A stretch of DNA of 10,560 nucleotides. Origin: Candidatus Margulisiibacteriota bacterium. GTDB taxonomy: Bacteria; Margulisbacteria; Marinamargulisbacteria; JBFWNS01. A model generated the notes under the pieces. The model ran no database searches and was not told the DNA's origin. It saw only the letters and a program-made list of their open reading frames with translations. Below are positions 1 to 6,461 of this stretch, piece by piece; the first letter of the stretch is position 1; the number at the start of each line of letters is the position of its first letter. The DNA is taken from positions 1-10,560 of the forward strand of contig JBFWNS010000011.1 in assembly GCA_050250935.1 (NCBI GenBank), in the 5' to 3' direction. Both the position numbers and the translations under genes were made by a program.

Positions 1-135
1 CTTACTTCGTGCAGAGGCACGATTGTACATAAGCCTCAAACACAAAGCCCTTTAATATTTGAGGTTTTTTCTCTATACTTTCCAGCTGAGTTGTTACTCG
101 ATTTTTTGTGTTGTTCATTGAAGGAGAACAGAACC

Positions 136-732
136 ATGGAATTTGAAAAATTAAGCGCATCCGTTAGAAAAGAACTGGGTAAAAATAAAATCAAAGCTCT
201 TCGAGCTCAAGGTCTTATTCCGGCCATCATTTACGGGCAAAATTCAGAACCTCAACCCGTCAGTGTAGACCCCAGAGAACTGCAAAAATTGTTCCGTAGT
301 GGACAAGGCAAAAACAGCATCATTTCGTTGTCCATTTCGGGTGGCGCTGCCGCTTCAGAGCAGTTGGTGATTTCTTATAGAACCGATATGGATGCCATTC
401 GTCAGGAATTGACCCACGTTGATTTTCTTCGTGTAGACCTTAAAACCCCCATCAAAACGGTGGTTAAGTTGGAACTGACTGGCGTTTGCCCAGGCGTTAA
501 AATGGGTGGAAACTTGGTTCAAAAAATGCGCCAAGCCACCATTAAATGTTTGCCTCAAGAAATCCCATCTGTTATCCAAGTCGATTTGAGCAGCCTTGGG
601 TTGGGCGAAACCATTCGGATTAAAGACTTGTCTGAAGGAAAATCTTATTCTTTCTTGGCCCAAGATCACGATATCGTGGTTGGCGTTGAAGGCCAAAAAG
701 TTGAAGAAGCCAGCACAGAAGACGCTAAATAA
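136..732 (+). CDS. rplY: 50S ribosomal protein L25 / general stress protein Ctc (long form)
   Basis: L25 motifs R..GK..(I)KALR..GLIPAIIYG and HVDFLRV, plus a Ctc C-terminal domain (GVKMGG.L, CLPQEIP..I.VD.S.L.LG..I.IKDL). Start moved from TTG 91 to ATG 136, which follows AAGGAG at 121-126. Confidence 0.93.
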   Translation: MEFEKLSASVRKELGKNKIKALRAQGLIPAIIYGQNSEPQPVSVDPRELQKLFRSGQGKNSIISLSISGGAAASEQLVISYRTDMDAIRQELTHVDFLRVDLKTPIKTVVKLELTGVCPGVKMGGNLVQKMRQATIKCLPQEIPSVIQVDLSSLGLGETIRIKDLSEGKSYSFLAQDHDIVVGVEGQKVEEASTEDAK

Positions 733-734
733 GC

Positions 735-1259
735 ATGTCCACCAGTCTGCTTAAAAAATTAAAAGAAGCAGCCTATTTAGAAGGTCATTTTGTTACCCGT
801 TCAGGTAAAGAAACGACTTACTACATCGATAAATATTTATTTGAGACCAGGCCCGAAATTCTCGGGCCTTTGGCCAAAGAATTGGCCGCACTTTTTCCAG
901 ATCCCAGCACTTACGATGTCATTGCGGCTCCTGAACTCGGTGCGGTTGCTTTGGCAGCTGTTGTTTCTTTAGAACTTCAAAAGCCCTTTGTCATCGTTAG
1001 AAAAGAAACCAAAGGTTACGGTACAAAGCGCCTTGTAGAAGGGAAGCTAGACCCTGGAAGTCGTGTCGTCGTTTTAGAAGATATTCTAACCACTGGCGGG
1101 GCTGTTTTAGCGGCTTGCGATGTCCTCGTGCGATCTGGTGCCGTTATCCAACAGCTGGTTGGTGTCCTCAATCGGCAAGAAGGTGCTTTTGAAAACATTC
1201 AAAAACAGGGCTATTCCGTTACCGCCTTATTCACCACATCCGACCTTCAGTCGTGCTAA
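735..1259 (+). CDS. pyrE: Orotate phosphoribosyltransferase
   Basis: GHFVTRSGK..YYID, VRKETKGYG loop and PRPP-binding VVVLEDILTTGGA; adjacent to pyrF. Confidence 0.93.
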   Translation: MSTSLLKKLKEAAYLEGHFVTRSGKETTYYIDKYLFETRPEILGPLAKELAALFPDPSTYDVIAAPELGAVALAAVVSLELQKPFVIVRKETKGYGTKRLVEGKLDPGSRVVVLEDILTTGGAVLAACDVLVRSGAVIQQLVGVLNRQEGAFENIQKQGYSVTALFTTSDLQSC

Positions 1260-2059
1260 GCCAACACCCCTTTTATCAAAAGCTCTATGCCCAATCTCAG
1301 CAGAAAAAGAGCGTCCTCTGTGTGGGGCTGGATCCAGATTTATCGCAACTCCCCCAAGGATTTGACCGAACAATCCAAGGCATAGAAGCCTTTTTGGCCA
1401 CGGTTATAGACTGCACTCAAGGGGCCTGTATTGCCTATAAACCCAATATTTCTTTTTTTGAAGGACTGGGTTTGGAAGGGCTTCACTTGCTTAAACGCAT
1501 TCGACACCGGATTCCACAAGAAATACCCGTCATCCTAGACGCCAAACGTGGGGATATTGGCAATACATCCCGCATGCAAGCCCGATTTATTTTTGAAGAA
1601 TTCGAAGCAGATGCAACAACCCTTCATCCCTACATGGGACATGATAGCCTGGTTCCTTTCTTTGAATACCGGGACAAGTATCATTTTGTATTGGTTTTAA
1701 CCTCGAATTCCGGAGCAAGTGACCTTGAAAAACAACCTCTGGCTTCTGGCAAAAGACTTTTTGAACATACAGCAGAATTGGCAAGAAACTGGCACAGAAC
1801 CTATCAAAATATAGGGTTTGTTGTCGGCGCTACTCAAACCGAGTTGGAGACCCTTCGACATCAAGATTCTGAAACACTTTTTTTAGTGCCTGGGGTAGGC
1901 GAGCAAGGAGGAGACTGGAATTCTGCTGTTGCCAACAGTCAAAACCAAGACGGACTTACTCTAATCAATGTAGGGCGGGGCATTTTGTATCAACATAGCA
2001 TCCCCTGGAAACAGCCAGAAATACACACTTGGTTGAGTAACAAATTTTCAATCGCATAA
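1253..2059 (+). CDS. pyrF: Orotidine-5'-phosphate decarboxylase (subfamily 2 type)
   Basis: LCVGLDP, AYKPNISFFE, catalytic DAKRGDIGNT, TLHPYMG.D, LTSN, GFVVGAT and LVPGVGEQGG. GTG start overlaps the end of pyrE. Confidence 0.95.
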   Translation: MLSQHPFYQKLYAQSQQKKSVLCVGLDPDLSQLPQGFDRTIQGIEAFLATVIDCTQGACIAYKPNISFFEGLGLEGLHLLKRIRHRIPQEIPVILDAKRGDIGNTSRMQARFIFEEFEADATTLHPYMGHDSLVPFFEYRDKYHFVLVLTSNSGASDLEKQPLASGKRLFEHTAELARNWHRTYQNIGFVVGATQTELETLRHQDSETLFLVPGVGEQGGDWNSAVANSQNQDGLTLINVGRGILYQHSIPWKQPEIHTWLSNKFSIA

Positions 2060-2066
2060 AATTTTG

Positions 2067-2097
2067 TTGACAAACGCTGGGGATTTCAAAATACTAT
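2067..2097 (+). promoter_or_regulatory. Sigma70-type promoter for the precursor/MNIO operon
   Basis: Perfect -35 TTGACA at 2067-2072. Candidate -10 is AATACT at 2090-2095 (17-nt spacer) or TACTAT at 2092-2097 (19-nt spacer). RBS AAGGAG at 2115-2120. Confidence 0.6.
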
Positions 2098-2125
2098 ACG
2101 CATCCCATTTTTTTAAGGAGTTCTT

Positions 2126-2425
2126 ATGAACAAGAGTTTGATGTCTGCTGCTGTTGCTGGCATTTTGTTGACAAGTGTTTCTGCTTCCTCAATTTTTGCT
2201 CAAGCTCATGCTGCCAAACCAGCAGAAGCCACTAAAAAGGTAAAAGCTGAAGCCAAGAAAGACTCTTGCAAAAGCAAAGAATGCAAAGATTGCAAAGAGA
2301 AATGCAAAGGCAAAGAAAAGTGTAAAGGTAAAGAAGGCTGCAAAGGCAAAGAAAAATGCAAAAGCAAAGCCAAAGAAGCTTGCAAAGGCAAAGAAGGCTG
2401 CAAAGCCCAAGACGCTAAAAAATAA
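2126..2425 (+). CDS. Secreted Cys/Lys-rich RiPP precursor for an MNIO (bufferin BufA2 / HvfA-like)
   Basis: Strong RBS. Sec-type signal peptide MNKSLMSAAVAGILLTSVSASSIFA(QAHA). Nine Cys, each followed by Lys, and four CKGKE motifs. Lies directly upstream of DUF692-DUF2063-DoxX. Confidence 0.85.
   Translation: MNKSLMSAAVAGILLTSVSASSIFAQAHAAKPAEATKKVKAEAKKDSCKSKECKDCKEKCKGKEKCKGKEGCKGKEKCKSKAKEACKGKEGCKAQDAKK
2303..2407 (+). repeat. In-frame ~18-nt tandem repeat TGYAAAGGYAAAGAA(AAR/GGC) encoding CKGKE(K/G)
   Basis: Units at 2303-2320, 2321-2338 and 2339-2356, a 24-nt variant at 2357-2380, another unit at 2381-2398 and a partial unit at 2399-2407. Confidence 0.9.
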
Positions 2426-2441
2426 GTTTTAGCACTTACCC

Positions 2442-2471
2442 GGCCCCTGGAAACAGGGGCCTTTTTATTTT
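2442..2471 (+). terminator. Intrinsic terminator between the precursor and the MNIO gene
   Basis: Perfect 8-bp stem GGCCCCTG / CAGGGGCC with a GAAA loop (2442-2461), followed by TTTTTATTTT. Confidence 0.85.
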
Positions 2472-2488
2472 ATCTGTGGTGGTGTCCC

Positions 2489-3346
2489 ATTCAAAATCAA
2501 TCTAGACGTCCTTTTCTTGGCTTCGGGCTAGGCCTTCGGGCAGAGCATTACGACGATTTATTGTCGGATACTTACGCGGGCCAAGTGGATTGGCTTGAGA
2601 TTATTTCTGAAAATTTTTTGTTTGAGGGTACCCGATCACAGTATTACTTGGATCAATTTCTTGAGCGTTATCCCATTATTGCCCACGGCGTTGGGCTTTC
2701 AATTGGCAGTGCAGATGCCCTAGACTGGGACTATTTGGCACGGCTCAAAAAATTAATTCACAAACTCGATCCGCCTTGGGTTTCGGATCATTTGTGTTGG
2801 GGACACGTCAAGGGACAGCATTTTCATAATCTGATGCCCTTGCCCTATACAGCCGAAACAGCTCGCTATGTGGCAGGCCGGATTGCCATTGTTCAGGACT
2901 ATCTTGAAAAACCGTTTATTATTGAAAACGTGTCCAGTTATGCCGAATTCAAAAGCTCGGAAATGACAGAATGGGACTTTGTGGCCCAAATTTTGGACCA
3001 GGCCGATTGTGGGATGTTATTTGATGTGAACAATGTTTATGTTTCTGCGGTTAACCATGAGTTCTCGCCAGACACCTATTTAAATGCCATCGATCCAAGC
3101 AGGGTGTATCAGTTTCATTTGGCTGGGCACCGTCGCAAAGAGAATTTTATTTTGGATTCCCATGATTCTCCGGTGTGTCGGGATGTTTGGGACCTGTATG
3201 CCAAAGCCGTTGCTCGTTTTGGCGACGTCTCGTTAATGATCGAGCGTGATGATGACATCCCCCCTTTAAGCGAGCTGTTGATCGAGCTTAACGAAGCCAA
3301 GACCATACACCATGAAACCAGAACCAAAACCGCCAGCAGAGCTTAA
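2489..3346 (+). CDS. DUF692 multinuclear non-heme iron-dependent oxidative enzyme (MNIO; BufB/HvfB/MbnB family); start uncertain
   Basis: Motifs WLEIISENF, HGVGLSIGS, VSDHLCW, LMPLPY, IENVSSY, FDVNNVYVSAVNH, HLAGH, DSH and IERDDDIP. The family N-terminus PFLGFGLGLRAEHY (2510-2551) is in frame upstream of the ORF-track TTG at 2561. The start is tentatively placed at ATT 2489. Confidence 0.93.
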   Translation: MQNQSRRPFLGFGLGLRAEHYDDLLSDTYAGQVDWLEIISENFLFEGTRSQYYLDQFLERYPIIAHGVGLSIGSADALDWDYLARLKKLIHKLDPPWVSDHLCWGHVKGQHFHNLMPLPYTAETARYVAGRIAIVQDYLEKPFIIENVSSYAEFKSSEMTEWDFVAQILDQADCGMLFDVNNVYVSAVNHEFSPDTYLNAIDPSRVYQFHLAGHRRKENFILDSHDSPVCRDVWDLYAKAVARFGDVSLMIERDDDIPPLSELLIELNEAKTIHHETRTKTASRA

Positions 3347-4079
3347 AGACATCCAAGAATGGATGGCCGATGTTGTGTCCTTTGATCAACCGCTTACTGT
3401 GGCAATGCGAACCGCTGCCAAAAAACGCATTACCGCCACATCCAAACAAAGTGCAGAAGACCGCATCGAAATCTACACCAACGATTTTTGGCCACGCTGT
3501 TACGAATCCCTAGCCGAAGATTTTCCTTCCTTGGTTGCGTTGTGGGGAGAATCCGACTTTGACGTATGGATGACACGATACATAAAAGCCCACCCCTCGG
3601 TTTCTTATACCTTGTATTATCTGGGCCAATTTCTTCCTCACTTTTTAGAAACCCATTATCACGAAGCGAATCGAGAAATTGTCCTTGATGAAGCGCTTTA
3701 CGACTGGGCCTGTAGTTGGGCCTATTTTGCGGATGCAAAACCTTATTTTGATCCCGAGCAATTGTCTGAGGAAGCAAAAGCCCAAGTGGCCACGTTGCCG
3801 CTGATTCTTCAACCTCATGTCACCTTACTTTCTTCTAGAAGCAAAAGTCGTATTGTCTATCGAAACCGAGAGTTTAAGGTTTGTTGCGAGACCATTCCGA
3901 AACAATTTCTTAAAATTTTGGCCTTGCTGGATCAGTCTTTGAGTCTTGAAGCAGCATTAACAGATCCTTCAATAACCGGTAAACTGGGACGACTTAATCT
4001 GGAAAAATGGTTTGCGTATGCCATTGGCTCTGGATGGTTCCAGATGCCCCCAATACCCACCAAAAGGAGTCCGCAATGA
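3312..4079 (+). CDS. DUF2063 MNIO partner protein (BufC/HvfC-like, peptide-recognition partner)
   Basis: L..IQ.W at the N-terminus and RIEIY.N......SLAEDFP.L....G...F......YI.AHPS.S.TL...G.FLP.FL, as in DUF2063. Overlaps the MNIO gene by 35 nt. Confidence 0.85.
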   Translation: MKPEPKPPAELKDIQEWMADVVSFDQPLTVAMRTAAKKRITATSKQSAEDRIEIYTNDFWPRCYESLAEDFPSLVALWGESDFDVWMTRYIKAHPSVSYTLYYLGQFLPHFLETHYHEANREIVLDEALYDWACSWAYFADAKPYFDPEQLSEEAKAQVATLPLILQPHVTLLSSRSKSRIVYRNREFKVCCETIPKQFLKILALLDQSLSLEAALTDPSITGKLGRLNLEKWFAYAIGSGWFQMPPIPTKRSPQ

Positions 4080-4537
4080 TTCGACATTTACTGGCCAAAA
4101 CCTTCCATCTGATTTCTGCTCAACGAAGCTATTGGCTCCTCTTGATTCGCGTTACTCTGGGGATTATTTTTATTCAGACAGGATTTGGCAAACTGACCCA
4201 TTTGGATGCTACAACGGACTTTTTTCAAAGTATCGGTGTTCCTTTTCCCTTTTATAACGCTATTTTGGCTTCTTCGACGGAATTGATTGGCGGGGCTTGT
4301 TTGATTCTTGGTTTTTTCACCCGAATGGTTGTGTTGCCCCTATCGTTTACGATGGTAGTTGCCATTTTTACAGCCTTACGAGGCGATATTCATAGCCTTT
4401 CCGACTTTGTTCGTCTTCAAGAATGGGACTACATTTTGATGTTTCTCTTGCTCTTTTTTACAGGAGCCGGGAAGTTCAGCTTGGACAACATTTTGGCCAA
4501 GTGGTTTAACCTTTACCCTGACGACTATAAGGTTTAG
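4076..4537 (+). CDS. DoxX family membrane protein (BufD-like)
   Basis: LLIRVTLGIIFIQTGFGKL, F.SIGVPFP, ELIGG.CLILG.FTR and GAGKFSLD. Start moved to ATG 4076, which forms an ATGA overlap with the DUF2063 stop and follows AAGGAG at 4064-4069. Confidence 0.92.
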   Translation: MIRHLLAKTFHLISAQRSYWLLLIRVTLGIIFIQTGFGKLTHLDATTDFFQSIGVPFPFYNAILASSTELIGGACLILGFFTRMVVLPLSFTMVVAIFTALRGDIHSLSDFVRLQEWDYILMFLLLFFTGAGKFSLDNILAKWFNLYPDDYKV

Positions 4538-5385
4538 CCTTTAACCATCTTTCGAAAAGTTGTTGGACTTTGGCCCGTGTTGCGTTTAAAGTACCGACAA
4601 AATTGGTCAGCATCTTCAAATTGCAAAGCAACGGCGATGCTAGACAGGGGCTTATCGGTGTGTGCCAGTTCTCGTTTGGCTTCCAAAATCAATCGACTTC
4701 GAATCCAGTCTCCGACCGTTCGTCCGGTTTTTTCTTTAACCACTTGGTTCAAATGTTGTGGGGAAACAAACATGAGTTTGGCATAATCCGACACCTGTTG
4801 GTGGGTCTTAAAATAAAAAGCCAGTAACTTCTTGAATTGCACCACTATATCTTCATTGGGTTTTTCAGGGCGAACTTCTCTGCACAACCGCGAAAGTTTA
4901 AGCAGCATAATTCTTAAATACCCAGCCAATAAATCCAATCGATCGGGTTCATCATTTTTAAATTCGAGTTCCATTTCTTTTAAAAGGGCCTGAAAAGGTG
5001 CTGGTGTGTCCAAATCCAAATAGGGGAGGGCATCAAAAATCGAAAAAAAAGCCAAGGGCGAAAAGTCCGAGCTTGGCCAAGCTTTTAATAAAAATTCTTC
5101 GGAAAACGAGATAAAAATCCCTTTAACACCCACTGGTTTTCGCCAAAAGTGTACTGCCCCTGGATACATAAAAAACAAACGGTTGTGACGAAGGGGATGA
5201 TCTTCAAAATCGATTACCCGAACGCCAGTCCCTTCCAGGATCCAAATAATCTCATAAAATTTCACGGTGTGGGGACGCGGATGTTGTACATAGGGATTTG
5301 AATCATCAAAAAAATGAATATCAAACACAGGCGCTGTGTGTAGCCAAGACGGATTTAAATGATGCTGAATCTCTTGCCTCGCCAT
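4534..5385 (-). CDS. AraC family transcriptional regulator
   Basis: N-terminal cupin-like domain (PH...FYEIIWI.EG.G...IDF..H, PGAVH). C-terminal double HTH (VSDYAKLMFVSPQHLN..VK..TG, EAKREL......IA..L.F.D...F.RYFKR.TG.SP..FRK). Confidence 0.93.
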   Translation of the reverse strand: MARQEIQHHLNPSWLHTAPVFDIHFFDDSNPYVQHPRPHTVKFYEIIWILEGTGVRVIDFEDHPLRHNRLFFMYPGAVHFWRKPVGVKGIFISFSEEFLLKAWPSSDFSPLAFFSIFDALPYLDLDTPAPFQALLKEMELEFKNDEPDRLDLLAGYLRIMLLKLSRLCREVRPEKPNEDIVVQFKKLLAFYFKTHQQVSDYAKLMFVSPQHLNQVVKEKTGRTVGDWIRSRLILEAKRELAHTDKPLSSIAVALQFEDADQFCRYFKRNTGQSPTTFRKMVKG

Positions 5386-5390
5386 AAGGT

Positions 5391-6461
5391 TTATCCTGCG
5401 TTAATCTGACTGACGATATACTGGGCTGTGTCCACAGTGGGTTTAAATCGCATCAGGGCTTGTCGTTGGGCTTGCCAAGGCTCTGGCTCTAGAGTTCGAA
5501 GAACAGCGTCTGTAACGCCGTCTACGGTAACCTGTCCCACCATCTCTGGAACCAAGGCTTCATTGGCAATGCGATTGGGTAGGGCATAAAACCGTTTTTG
5601 CTTGGCCAGGAACCAAACGATTATTTTTTTAACCAGTAGACCCAACCCTGGAATTTTTCCAACGAGGCCAGCCAGGCCGTCCAAAATAATCAGATCAACA
5701 CGGTTGGTGGGAACCAGAATCAGCATGGGCAAATGCATGTACATGGCCTCGGCTGTGTTTGTTCCCGGCAGCGAAACCAATAAATCCGATTCGGCCATGG
5801 TGGCCAAAGAATCGCCTCGGCTAAATGATACGTGTCCCAGCTGATGTTCAAACTGAAGCCGATTTAACTGGGTTTCAGAAATAAACGGAGAAACCATAAC
5901 CGTGGTTTTAAGTTCTGGACGACGGTGGTTAAGTTGTTGAATGACCTCGCCAATAAAGGGTAAAAAAGCTTCAAAATGGGGAGGCCTAGAACCACAAAAA
6001 AACAAAATATGCTGATGCCGTTCTGGACCTTTTTGAATGGCCTTAAGCGCCACGCGTGCAGCCATTAAATCCCCAATTTTTTGTTTAAAAAAGGTTTGCT
6101 TAAATCCCATGCCCAAAGACCGTTGATGTTCCGTATAGCCAAAGACTGGATAGCCCCACTTAAGCCCAAACAATTGGCTATAAAAGGGATCTCCACCCAA
6201 ATACAACACAGCTCCATCTGTACCCCATTTTTTAGAACTCAACAACAATTTGAAGGTTTCTTTGGGCGAAAAAACCTCGGAAACACCTTCGATGGCTTGT
6301 GCCCGCGCTTTCTCTTGGCCGCTGGCATATTGGCATGGGGTTAAGGCGACAATAACCCTGGCATCGGGGCGGCTGGCTTTAAATAAACTCACCACCGGCT
6401 CCACCCAACTGGTCAACTCTCCGGGGGAATTCGATTGAATGATCAGGGTAAACGGCGTCAT
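5391..6461 (-). CDS. Lipid-A-disaccharide synthase-like (LpxB-related) GT-B glycosyltransferase
   Basis: SNSPGELTSWVEP N-terminus, YLGGD, GSR, PGTNTAE and ALPNRIA....VPE. These resemble the divergent LpxB-like proteins of Cyanobacteria and other diderm Terrabacteria. Confidence 0.7.
   Translation of the reverse strand: MTPFTLIIQSNSPGELTSWVEPVVSLFKASRPDARVIVALTPCQYASGQEKARAQAIEGVSEVFSPKETFKLLLSSKKWGTDGAVLYLGGDPFYSQLFGLKWGYPVFGYTEHQRSLGMGFKQTFFKQKIGDLMAARVALKAIQKGPERHQHILFFCGSRPPHFEAFLPFIGEVIQQLNHRRPELKTTVMVSPFISETQLNRLQFEHQLGHVSFSRGDSLATMAESDLLVSLPGTNTAEAMYMHLPMLILVPTNRVDLIILDGLAGLVGKIPGLGLLVKKIIVWFLAKQKRFYALPNRIANEALVPEMVGQVTVDGVTDAVLRTLEPEPWQAQRQALMRFKPTVDTAQYIVSQINAG

Noticed and set aside
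8..70. Hairpin CGTGC-AGAG-GCACG (8-21) and inverted repeat AAGCCTCAAA / TTTGAGGTTT (31-40 / 58-67) followed by a T-run; possible - strand ATG at 30 or TACAAT at 27-22
   Set aside because: At the window edge; the 17-nt loop is long for a terminator, and I cannot distinguish terminator, operator or divergent promoter without upstream sequence.
91..135. N-terminal extension of rplY from TTG 91
   Set aside because: It spans the RBS of ATG 136 and does not resemble L25.
2303..2407. Tandem repeat considered as a CRISPR array or non-coding VNTR
   Set aside because: No unique spacers; unit lengths are multiples of 3 and much of the variation is synonymous, so it is a coding repeat.
2189..2410. Antisense ORFs with FAFA and SLPLH/Q repeats (2189-2410, 2206-2403)
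   Set aside because: Reverse-complement shadows of the Lys/Cys repeat; the + strand ORF has the RBS, signal peptide and operon context.
4007..4075. Cys/His/Trp-rich N-terminal extension of DoxX (MVCVCHWLW...)
   Set aside because: It lies inside the DUF2063 gene; ATG 4076 has an AAGGAG RBS and ATGA coupling.
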